Shown here: positions 1 to 8,130 of the stretch, in pieces
How positions within the stretch are numbered: position 1 is the stretch's first letter
Layout: each line of letters opens with the position of its first letter
From: Candidatus Hodarchaeota archaeon
GTDB lineage: Archaea > Asgardarchaeota > Heimdallarchaeia > Hodarchaeales > Hodarchaeaceae
Assembly: GCA_016839625.1 (NCBI GenBank)
Contig: JAEOTY010000022.1
Location: 1 to 60,501, forward strand
Direction of reading: 5' to 3'
DNA: 60,501 nucleotides
Notes under the pieces: generated by a model
What the model was told of the DNA's origin: nothing
Databases searched by the model: none
The model's input: only the letters and a program-made list of their open reading frames with translations
Position numbers and translations under genes: made by a program

Positions 1-155
1 GCTCCTAAGCAGAAGTTCACACCATCAATACTATTTGATTTTCCACTCCCATTTGGTCCTACAATAACAGTGAATCCCTTCGCGAGAGGCATACTGACAG
101 TTCCAGGTCCATATGATTTCCAACCAGTCATTTTGATCTCTTTTATATGCACCAT
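1..155 (-). CDS. smc: SMC-family chromosome segregation ATPase, first 51 codons only (gene runs off the left edge)
   Basis: Reverse-strand translation from the ATG (complement of 153-155) gives MVHIKEIKMTGWKSYGPGTVSMPLAKGFTVIVGPNGSGKSNSIDGVNFCLG. The WKSY head (FKSY-like) plus Walker A GPNGSGKSN is the standard SMC N-terminus. It is absent from the ORF track because it is truncated by the window edge. Confidence 0.7.
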   Translation of the reverse strand, partial: MVHIKEIKMTGWKSYGPGTVSMPLAKGFTVIVGPNGSGKSNSIDGVNFCLG

Positions 156-342
156 TCGGAAAGCCTCTGCGGATGAGAAAAAATATTCGCACTTCTACGT
201 ATTTTGATCCCTTATTATAGCTCTTCTTTTTAAAATCTTGGTAGGATCAGGTATTAGCATATATATACCTATTATAAATATATTCCAACAGATTCGTCTT
301 GAAGACATAATAGCGTTTTAAGCTAAAAACCATTCAAAGAAA

Positions 343-1845
343 ATGCAAGTGTTGAAGATGGGAATTGAAGAGTCAAAAGGAGATTCTCCTACCGAAAAAA
401 TGACTTTAACTTTATTAACCACTAGATTATTAAGAGAAACACGAACATCAATTGAAAAAATGCGGAATGTTATTGCTTTAGGTTTATATGCAGCATCTAG
501 TGGTATCATTATTTCTTTTATAATTGCTTACTTTAATAAATCATACTTACAGCAATCTTTGCAATTGAGTCGAGAAGTTGCAGAATCTATCTTCAGTTAT
601 TCAGTCGCAGCAGGTTCAGTCGGATTCCTTGCTATAGTCATCATTGGAGGAGCGTTTTCTGATGACTATCGGTCGAAATTTGGTCATCGAGCTCCTTTTA
701 TATTGCTAGGATGCTTGCTTTCTGGTTTTATGTTGCTTCTAACCCCTATCATTGCAGGGAGCTTCGCGGGTACTGCTTATGAAGATTTAATGTATATTCT
801 TTTCCCATTATGTTTTTTCATTATCTATATTGGTTTAGGTTTGGCTACTTCTCCTTATGGAGCCCTATTGTCAGAGTTGTTTACCAAGGAACAACGTGGA
901 TGGGTGGGGTTAGTTTTAGCTGGATTTGCAATTTTAGGTAGTTCCATCGGGCTAGTTTTCCTTGATAAGATTGCAGCCTTACTCTTTACACTAAGTGAAA
1001 CATTCCAATTAAACTTTTTACTTGAATTTGGCTTGTTTCTTTTCCCTGCACTGACGATCATCATTGCGGGAGTTCTAATCTTCATCTTAGTGGAAAAAGC
1101 AAATCCACCTTTTCCTCCCCTAGATTCCACTATTGACGATATTAAAAATACGCCTTCCTACATAATGCTTGGAGGATCCGACTTTGGGAAAATGTTTTTT
1201 GTTCAATCTTTTTGGGGATTCGCTGCAGAAACAGTCTCAATATATCTGTTTATTCACTTAACAACCTCAAACTCCCCCATCTCGTCTGAAGAAGCCCCCA
1301 TAGTATTATTACTCGTTGGTATTGCCTCTGCAATTATGGCGATCCCTGCTGGACTTTTCATTCAAAAATTTGGGAAAGTGAAAACCGCAATCGTTGGTTC
1401 TTTGATTTACTCAGGGTTCTGCTTTATACTTGCGGGGATGGAAATTGGGGATTATTATTCCCTAATTCTCATTATAGCAGCCTTTGGCGGATTTGGCGCG
1501 GTTTTCATTGAATCTGTTCGTGTATCCTTACCAGCTGATTTGGTGCCCGAAGGAAAAGAAGCACAGTTTATGGGCATCAATAAATTTGGTGCGACCTGGA
1601 CGACACCTGCTGTAGCACTTATAGGAGGCTTTTTACTCGCATCTCTTGCTGGTTGGGCATATTCTGCAACCGCAATTATGTTTGGGTTAGCAGGGCTTGC
1701 TTCATTGGCCGCTACAATTTTATTATTCCTTATTTCGTATGAGAAAATGGTTCGTGTGGAGTATGATAAATTCTACAAACGATATTTAACAGCTAAAGGC
1801 TTTATAGGGGAGCAAATGGATAAAATCGTTGACCAATTTATCTGA
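343..1845 (+). CDS. MFS/GPH-type membrane transporter
   Basis: The 500-aa ORF has about 12 hydrophobic segments. The loop motif DDYRSKFGHRAPFILLG resembles the D..R.(R/K).G.R.P signature of GPH/MFS symporters. It is a paralog of 8131..9537. The N-terminal 40 aa are hydrophilic, so the true start may be an internal Met. Confidence 0.7.
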   Translation: MQVLKMGIEESKGDSPTEKMTLTLLTTRLLRETRTSIEKMRNVIALGLYAASSGIIISFIIAYFNKSYLQQSLQLSREVAESIFSYSVAAGSVGFLAIVIIGGAFSDDYRSKFGHRAPFILLGCLLSGFMLLLTPIIAGSFAGTAYEDLMYILFPLCFFIIYIGLGLATSPYGALLSELFTKEQRGWVGLVLAGFAILGSSIGLVFLDKIAALLFTLSETFQLNFLLEFGLFLFPALTIIIAGVLIFILVEKANPPFPPLDSTIDDIKNTPSYIMLGGSDFGKMFFVQSFWGFAAETVSIYLFIHLTTSNSPISSEEAPIVLLLVGIASAIMAIPAGLFIQKFGKVKTAIVGSLIYSGFCFILAGMEIGDYYSLILIIAAFGGFGAVFIESVRVSLPADLVPEGKEAQFMGINKFGATWTTPAVALIGGFLLASLAGWAYSATAIMFGLAGLASLAATILLFLISYEKMVRVEYDKFYKRYLTAKGFIGEQMDKIVDQFI

Positions 1846-1905
1846 ACTTAATTTATTATGTTTGAGGAATATTCATGAATAATATCCCGTTTAAAAACTG
1901 ATTTT

Positions 1906-2100
1906 ATGAATGATCCCTCCTCTCTTACTACGGTGAAAGTGGAATTTTTTGAAGATAAGGATAGAACAAATCTGACTTTTGAACACAAAGGATGGGGAAA
2001 CTCGCTTGATTGGGTTAAAGCCCGAGATTGGCATGAAGAGCAATGGAATGCTGTGTTAAATGAGTTAAAGCAATTTGTGGAATCGGAAAAGATTGGTTAA
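1906..2100 (+). pseudogene. C-terminal remnant of an SRPBCC/AHSA1-like (Aha1 domain) protein
   Basis: The 64-aa ORF TTVKVEFFEDKDRTNLTFEHKGWGNSLDWVKARDWHEEQWNAVLNELKQFVE looks like the last third of about 150-aa SRPBCC/AHSA1 proteins. Only about 60 nt separate it from the upstream MFS stop, and an in-frame TGA lies at 1876-1878. There is therefore no room for the N-terminal two thirds. Confidence 0.4.
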
Positions 2101-2154
2101 ATGAATACTAGGATCTAATACCAATAACAATGTCATTGAAGTGACTTAAGAAGC

Positions 2155-2718
2155 TTACATTGTACTCTGTCGTCTTTTTTGCTCAACGATAATTATGCCT
2201 AAATGAGCAAATGGTGATTCAACCCCATTACCTGACTTCGCAGAGCATAAGTAATAACCTGCAAGATTATTTTCTTTAGAAAATCTTTCAGCTGCTTGAG
2301 CTGCAATATTTCTTCTATTATCATCTATAGTATCCACTTTGTTTCCAAGTAAGACGATAGGAAGATCTGGTTTATTATGTTGTCGAATCATCCTTATCCA
2401 TTCAGGTAATTCTGCCATAGTTTGAATTCTTGAAGTATCAAACGCTACCAGTGCTCCAGAAGAGCCCTGACAATAACCAGGGAAAAGAGATCGAAATCGG
2501 TCTTCTCCAGCGTAATCCCAATATGCTATCCGTAAAACTTTGTCTCCCACTTCTTGATCCATTACTAAAAAATTGACCCCCACAGTGGTAACTGCTGGGA
2601 TAAAGTTATTCGTCTCATATCTTTTCAGTAATGTGGTTTTTCCTACCCCTCCAGGGCCCGCTACTACAACTTTTACTGTTAAAGTGTTTGCACTGAAGAT
2701 AAATTTAGTTTTCGACAT
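2155..2718 (-). CDS. Ras/Rab-superfamily small GTPase
   Basis: G1 GPGGVGKTT, G3 WDYAGED, G4 GNKVD, G5 CSAKSG. Length 187 aa, with no C-terminal CaaX. Confidence 0.85.
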   Translation of the reverse strand: MSKTKFIFSANTLTVKVVVAGPGGVGKTTLLKRYETNNFIPAVTTVGVNFLVMDQEVGDKVLRIAYWDYAGEDRFRSLFPGYCQGSSGALVAFDTSRIQTMAELPEWIRMIRQHNKPDLPIVLLGNKVDTIDDNRRNIAAQAAERFSKENNLAGYYLCSAKSGNGVESPFAHLGIIIVEQKRRQSTM

Positions 2719-2750
2719 GAGTGTAGCCTTTTTTCAGCACTATTTTACAA

Positions 2751-3278
2751 TCATTTCTGATGTTTTTGATGAATAACCATGGCAATTCTTTGAAATAAGC
2801 GTTCAGTGTTTTCCCCTGTGATAGCACTAGTCTTGAAATACTCTGTTATAGGATATTTATTTCTGAATTCATTGATTTTTAGAGGTGAAGTTGTGATTCC
2901 TAGATCAGCTTTCGTGGAAACAAGAAAGTTGATACTGTCGGTATTGTCTTCTCCTTGTTCATAGACCTTTATCCATTCATGAAGAGCCTCAAAGGTTTCC
3001 TCACGAGAAGGGTCAAAAGCGAGAATAAGTCCATCACAATTTGAAGCATATTGAGGAAATATCATCCTAAATCCTGGTTCTCCTCCAAAATCATATAGAT
3101 GGATTTTTACTGTCGCACCATCTGTTAGGGTTATTGTTTCGATAGTAAACTCAAATCCAATTGTTGATCTCAAATCTTTCAATGGAAACTGATTGTGTTT
3201 AAACCTATGGACAAGACTCGATTTACCAACATGTTTCTCACCCGCAATTACCACTTTAAACGGTCTTTCCATCGTCAC
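2751..3278 (-). CDS. Ras-superfamily small GTPase (divergent G4)
   Basis: G1 GEKHVGKSS, G3 YDFGGEP, G4 STKAD (TKxD instead of NKxD), G5 TSAITG. Length 175 aa. It lies 32 nt upstream of the next GTPase on the same strand. Confidence 0.8.
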   Translation of the reverse strand: MTMERPFKVVIAGEKHVGKSSLVHRFKHNQFPLKDLRSTIGFEFTIETITLTDGATVKIHLYDFGGEPGFRMIFPQYASNCDGLILAFDPSREETFEALHEWIKVYEQGEDNTDSINFLVSTKADLGITTSPLKINEFRNKYPITEYFKTSAITGENTERLFQRIAMVIHQKHQK

Positions 3279-3381
3279 AGCTGTTTCACTTCTATTTGAT
3301 GATCAAAAGCTTTTGTTTGATAAAGTTATAGAATCCTTTTCTATTTATACTATTTCATTCAGCAATCAAAAAAACAACTTT

Positions 3382-4611
3382 TCATTCATTCTTTTCTTTT
3401 GAGGACTCGTTGGGTATTGTAGTTTCTGTTTGTTGATCTGGATGGCTTTCTCCAGCATTAGAGGGCGTATGATCCTTTTCGTAAACAGAAGATGGTATTT
3501 GAATCTCTGAAGTCTTCATGAGGAGTGCCAGTTCTTCAGCCAGAACAGCTACGTTGGAGAGTAACGAAAACACTACTTCAAATTTCTCGTTGACTTTACG
3601 GTCAATGATAGATAAAATCTCCTCTTGAAAGTTTTGTAACTCTCTTTGGTAACTCTTAATGCTATCAGTTTGCTCCTTCATGGTTGTTTCGTATTCCTGA
3701 ACATTTTTCTCCAGTCCTTGTATCAGGTCATCACGGGTTTTTCGAGCCTCCTCTTCCAATTCATTAGTAAGATCAGTAATTTTGTGTTTCAGTTCTTCAC
3801 CAATCTTTCGGGGCATGAAACTGGCTGAAACTTCATCGAGAATTTTGGTATCAGACTCTTTTAGCGAATGTGCTGTGATAGTTAGTTCAGTTCGGATATT
3901 TTCGTTATAACTCTCAACAATTCGTGAAAAATTCTCAAAATGAGTCTTTTGATCTGCTTTTGCTAGACTGACTAATTCTTTCAATTTCTGTTTGAATTGT
4001 CTGAGGCTGTCCCTTTGTTCTTCTAAAGCAGCTGCATGATTTTGGTTAATCTGATTAAGCTGCTCTAGCCCGTCTCCAACCATTCCAATAGTTTTTGTAA
4101 ATGAATCAAAATTCGCTTGAGTTTTCTCAGAATGATCATTCATTTGAGACTGTGTAGCTTCTTGTGTTTGATTTACTGAATCAATTTTCGTGTTAATAGT
4201 ATTTACTTCTTGGGTTAAATCAGTCTCAAATTTTTCTTCTATGGTACCCAATTTTGATGTGAGTTCTTCAAATTGGGTTTCAACATTTTGTGTTTGTTGT
4301 TCAAATTTTTCTTCTATAGTACCCAATTTTGATGTGAGTTCTTCAAATTGGGTTTCAACATTTTGTGTTTGTTGTTCAAATTTTTCTTCTATAGTACCCA
4401 ATTTTGATGTAAATTCTTCAAATTGGGTTTCTACCTTTTTTTCTTTGTCCTGAAGCTCAGTATCCCACTTCTTGATTGTTGAAGTTGTTTCATCCTGTTT
4501 TTCCTTAAGTTTGTTAATAATTGCAGTGTGTTCTCCAACAAATTTCGTCAATTCTAAGATCTGTTCAGCGATTTGTAGTTCATCATCTAAATTATTAGGA
4601 TTTTGCGTCAT
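3382..4611 (-). CDS. Coiled-coil protein with three 25-aa tandem repeats
   Basis: The 409-aa sequence is strongly E/K/Q/L/T-rich with heptad character throughout. VETQFEE(F/L)TSKLGTIEEKFEQQTQN is repeated three times near the N-terminus. Its start overlaps the stop of the upstream ORF by 17 nt. Confidence 0.7.
   Translation of the reverse strand: MTQNPNNLDDELQIAEQILELTKFVGEHTAIINKLKEKQDETTSTIKKWDTELQDKEKKVETQFEEFTSKLGTIEEKFEQQTQNVETQFEELTSKLGTIEEKFEQQTQNVETQFEELTSKLGTIEEKFETDLTQEVNTINTKIDSVNQTQEATQSQMNDHSEKTQANFDSFTKTIGMVGDGLEQLNQINQNHAAALEEQRDSLRQFKQKLKELVSLAKADQKTHFENFSRIVESYNENIRTELTITAHSLKESDTKILDEVSASFMPRKIGEELKHKITDLTNELEEEARKTRDDLIQGLEKNVQEYETTMKEQTDSIKSYQRELQNFQEEILSIIDRKVNEKFEVVFSLLSNVAVLAEELALLMKTSEIQIPSSVYEKDHTPSNAGESHPDQQTETTIPNESSKEKNE
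4228..4440 (-). repeat. 75-bp in-frame tandem repeat, about 2.8 near-identical copies, inside the coiled-coil gene
   Basis: The unit aaatttttcttctat(g/a)gtacccaattttgatgt(g/a)a(g/a)ttcttcaaattgggtttcaacattttgtgtttgttgttc starts at about 4228, 4303 and 4378. Only 1-3 substitutions separate the copies, and the third copy diverges at its end. Confidence 0.85.
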
Positions 4612-5035
4612 TGTTAATTTTCTCCTTCAAAATTGATCTTGTGCTGGTGAGCGTTAAACGGATATCTTCTAGTCGGTTAATTAATTTGGTCTCGATACTT
4701 TCCTGATGAATGAATTCTTCGATATTGATTTGTTTGCGGATCACTGGCAAGAAACGTTTCCAATGAGTTTCAACTTCTTGAATGTGTTTTAATGCAGAAA
4801 GAATGACTATGTTTGTTTGATCAGTAAGAGAATCTACCAAAGCACCGACTTTCTTATCATCAATTTTTAATTCATTAATACCAATTTGGAGATTAGGATG
4901 CCTTTTGAGTAATAAAAGAGAGTCTGCTTTTTGTTGGATTATTGGAAAGACTTCTTGAGGAGTTTGTAGGAAGATTCCAGTTACAGCGAAACCTTCTGCG
5001 AATTTTTCCAAGACTGGTCTCAAATTTGTACTCAT
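4595..5035 (-). CDS. Hypothetical protein, first gene of the GTPase operon; possible roadblock/LC7 (MglB-like) fold
   Basis: The 146-aa soluble ORF overlaps the coiled-coil gene by 17 nt. Its N-terminal LRPVLEKFAEGFAVTGIFLQTPQEVFPI... loosely resembles the start of roadblock/LC7 domains. The fold assignment is a guess from pattern and gene context only. Confidence 0.45.
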   Translation of the reverse strand: MSTNLRPVLEKFAEGFAVTGIFLQTPQEVFPIIQQKADSLLLLKRHPNLQIGINELKIDDKKVGALVDSLTDQTNIVILSALKHIQEVETHWKRFLPVIRKQINIEEFIHQESIETKLINRLEDIRLTLTSTRSILKEKINNDAKS

Positions 5036-5218
5036 TTTCCAGATCTCATTTTGAAATAGTTTACCTTAGTTGCTGATTAAAAACATTACATATAATACAT
5101 TACAATTTATTTGCTGCAATAATAATTATTTGGTAGAGTGAATCATTTTATTCCGAACCGTAAAACACATGTTAGCTTTATCTATTGATTTTTTGCGAAT
5201 TATGCTAGTGCTCAAGGT

Positions 5219-5920
5219 ATGATTTTCATGTTGGAACAATTAACCATTATTATTCCCACATTAAATGAACGAAGTAATATCGATCAAATAATAAATCGAT
5301 TACTATCACTTTATCCCCAAATTTCGATCATTGTTGCAGACGATGGGTCTATAGATGGGACTGATGAAGTGGTTTTGAATTGGAAAGCAAAAAATCCTCG
5401 TGTTCTTTTTTTAGATAGGAAAGACGAACCTGTGAAAGGGTTAACTATCTCTCTGGTTGATGCGATTAAAACTCTAACTACGGATTATTTCCTCGTTATT
5501 GACTGTGATTTCCAACATCCTCCTGAACGAATTGCTGATGGACATCAGTTACTGTCAGAGGGGTATCAACTGGTTATCGGTACCCGTGCAAGCATTGAGG
5601 GGTGGAGTTTTCGTCGAAAGCTTATTTCTTGGGGTGCTAGTACTCTAGGCAAATTCTCTCTCTTATTAAGAAGAAGACCACGACCAAGAGATATTGTAAG
5701 CGGTTTTTTTGGTGGACAAACTCTGTTTATACGAGAATTATTAGAACAACACCCAAAAACTATCTCCCCTAAAGGTTATAAACTGTTATTTGATCTCCTT
5801 AAAGTTATGCCTCGCAATACTCTTATCGGAGAATTTACATACACCTTTCAATCACGAAAGGCTGGTCAGTCAAAAATAGGTATGAAACAAATATTAGTTT
5901 ACTTTCGGTCGCTATTCTAA
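5219..5920 (+). CDS. GT2-family glycosyltransferase (dolichyl/polyprenyl-phosphate hexosyltransferase-like)
   Basis: IIIPTLNERSNI, IVADDGSIDGT and VIDCDFQHPP are GT-A fold DxD-type motifs, as in Dpm1/polyprenol-phosphate mannose synthases. Length 233 aa. Confidence 0.8.
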   Translation: MIFMLEQLTIIIPTLNERSNIDQIINRLLSLYPQISIIVADDGSIDGTDEVVLNWKAKNPRVLFLDRKDEPVKGLTISLVDAIKTLTTDYFLVIDCDFQHPPERIADGHQLLSEGYQLVIGTRASIEGWSFRRKLISWGASTLGKFSLLLRRRPRPRDIVSGFFGGQTLFIRELLEQHPKTISPKGYKLLFDLLKVMPRNTLIGEFTYTFQSRKAGQSKIGMKQILVYFRSLF

Positions 5921-5953
5921 GTCTCTCTAGGTTTCCTGAGGGAAGTTAATTAA

Positions 5954-6862
5954 ATGACAACAAATGTTAGCAGCTTTTTTAAAACCATGTGGAATGTTTT
6001 TATTATTCTTATAAACAAACTTAGTTCTTTTAATAATGAGGGAAATGAAAAATGGGGTCAGGGCAAATTTAAAATCTTCAAACTACTAAATTCATTAATT
6101 ATATGCTTCATTCTTTTTTCAATTGTTTATATTTTCAAAATAACAACAGTTTCTCATATATCGTCATCAACTACTAGCTTTACCCCTATTCAGGAAATAA
6201 ACCTTGATTTTGAACAAAATCTTGTTGGTTGGGAGGTGATTTCAGAGCATTCTGGGTCTGATTTCCAATTAGATACAACCGTGAAATATGAAGGCGATTC
6301 TTCAGGCCGTTTAAACGGAACTACCAGATATCGTTACAATTTTACCAAGAATCTGGGGCAATATGTTCCTTTTACAAGTAACACCTCCTTGTCTTTCACA
6401 TGGCGCTTTGAAAACACTCTGGTAGACTATATTGGTTTCATACTTTTTACCCCGCTAGGTCAACCTGACATTTATGTGACGAGTTATTTTGGAGGGGATA
6501 TTTATCTCAATAATAGTAATTACTTGGTCATTCAATATCGAAACGAGGCGACTTTTACTTGGTACGTTCACACACTCAATTTGACTCAAGCTTACATGCA
6601 GTACTATGGTTACACTCCTGACAGTATTCTGGCATTAGATGTCCTGAACTTCTATGACACTAATCCAACGGGACAGATTACGAATTTTGACTCACTTCTA
6701 ATTAGTAATCTTCTTACTATCACTCCTCCCACTTCTACTGAGCCCTCCACCACTTCCCCGTCATTAATTACTTCTTTACTACTGGAACCATTTGGTTTTG
6801 TAATTTTAATATTATTTCTTTTTAGACGTAGACGTACTAAAGGGAAACAAAAATCTAACTAA
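5954..6862 (+). CDS. Exported, probably N-glycosylated surface protein with a C-terminal sorting-signal-like tail
   Basis: There is an N-terminal signal anchor (LLNSLIICFILFSIVYIF) and several N-x-S/T sequons (NGT, NFT, NTS, NNS, NLT). A Thr/Ser/Pro linker is followed by EPFGF, a hydrophobic helix and RRRRTKGK. Confidence 0.55.
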   Translation: MTTNVSSFFKTMWNVFIILINKLSSFNNEGNEKWGQGKFKIFKLLNSLIICFILFSIVYIFKITTVSHISSSTTSFTPIQEINLDFEQNLVGWEVISEHSGSDFQLDTTVKYEGDSSGRLNGTTRYRYNFTKNLGQYVPFTSNTSLSFTWRFENTLVDYIGFILFTPLGQPDIYVTSYFGGDIYLNNSNYLVIQYRNEATFTWYVHTLNLTQAYMQYYGYTPDSILALDVLNFYDTNPTGQITNFDSLLISNLLTITPPTSTEPSTTSPSLITSLLLEPFGFVILILFLFRRRRTKGKQKSN

Positions 6863-6915
6863 ATCAAGCTTTAATCCAAGAACTGAAAAAAACTAAATAG
6901 CGAAAATAAAAGAAT

Positions 6916-7545
6916 TTACGCTTTACGATACTTGGGAATAGTCCGTTGCGTAGGTCGAGATTGTAAGCGAGCAGTAATTCTACGGCTTGTTTTTCGTTGT
7001 CGGTTAACAAATCTTATGATATTCTCGCCCAAAAGAGAAAAAGCGGATTCAATATTCACACCTGTTTTAGCAGAGGTTTCAATATAGTTACAAGTGAATC
7101 CTTCTGGTTTGGTTAGATTGGTAAGCCGCTCAGTAAACACTCTCCCTTGTTCTGGAGAAACAGTATCGTCGGATAATTCCCGCATGTCAATCTTATTAGC
7201 CACAACTACAATGGGGACTCGACCCCGACCATTATGTGTCCAGAGTTCATTAATCCATTTAGGAGTGTTGAAGTAAGAATCAGGACGCGTGACATCATAA
7301 ACGAGAAGAGCACCCACGCTACCCTTGTAGTAGACTTCGCGAACCGCATCAAATCGTTGCTGTCCCGCCAAGTCCCAAATTTGAAATCGGATGGATTCCC
7401 CAGCTATAGTAGAATCTTGCATTGCAAAATCCGCGCCGATTGTTAGCAGATATTGGGCTTTAAAACCATGACCAAGGTATCTTTCTCGAATGGCGGTCTT
7501 TCCCACCCCTCCGTCGCCAATAAGCACAATTTTAAGAACTGTCAA
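6916..7545 (-). CDS. Rab-like small GTPase
   Basis: G1 GDGGVGKTA, G3 WDLAGQQRF (DxxGQ), G4 ANKID, G5 TSAKTG. It has a basic C-terminal tail without Cys. The start is non-ATG (TTG) in the track. Confidence 0.85.
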   Translation of the reverse strand: MTVLKIVLIGDGGVGKTAIRERYLGHGFKAQYLLTIGADFAMQDSTIAGESIRFQIWDLAGQQRFDAVREVYYKGSVGALLVYDVTRPDSYFNTPKWINELWTHNGRGRVPIVVVANKIDMRELSDDTVSPEQGRVFTERLTNLTKPEGFTCNYIETSAKTGVNIESAFSLLGENIIRFVNRQRKTSRRITARLQSRPTQRTIPKYRKA

Positions 7546-8130
7546 AGATTATCCCAAGTTATCAGAGTTATGTAGTTTTAATATGCTTTACTCGAGAGTT
7601 TGTCCGAGTAAGGTCTGATTCAATGATTTGAATAGTTACCAGTTTAATAGGTTTTCCAATTTAAAGAGGCCAATATGAATACACATAATATATTGTATTT
7701 CTTTGTTATGGATTAGGAAGGAGAATTAAAGCACCTAAAGAGAAAAAAATGAAAAAGGGTGAAGGACTTCACCCTAGTGTGGATTCTGAGGATGTTCCAG
7801 TTCCTGCTTCACCAGATTTGACTCCAAACATCATTACAAATGCAACAACGAAGCATATAGTACTTACTGGAAATAACACCTTAAAATTTCTCCCAGAATC
7901 GGTAATCATTGTGTTTTTTTATGCCTTCGCTGCTAATAATAATATTCAGCAAGAAATAGGAATATTTTGCTTTTAAGTGGTACATATTAAGAAGCTAATT
8001 ATGATAAAAGACGTAATTCTCCTAAAACCTTATATCTAATACAACAAGATGGAAATTACGTGAGTTATTTTTGAAATAAATCGCCTTAAATGACATTACA
8101 GGCTCTGAAAACATTTCTGGTGACTTAAAA

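Noticed and set aside
4190-4453. An 87-aa + strand ORF with its own internal repeats (SNFSSIVPNFDVSSSNWVSTFCVCC x3).
   Set aside because: It is the antisense shadow of the 75-bp tandem repeat inside the minus-strand coiled-coil gene. Its repeats simply mirror that array, and the long minus-strand ORF with operon context explains the region.
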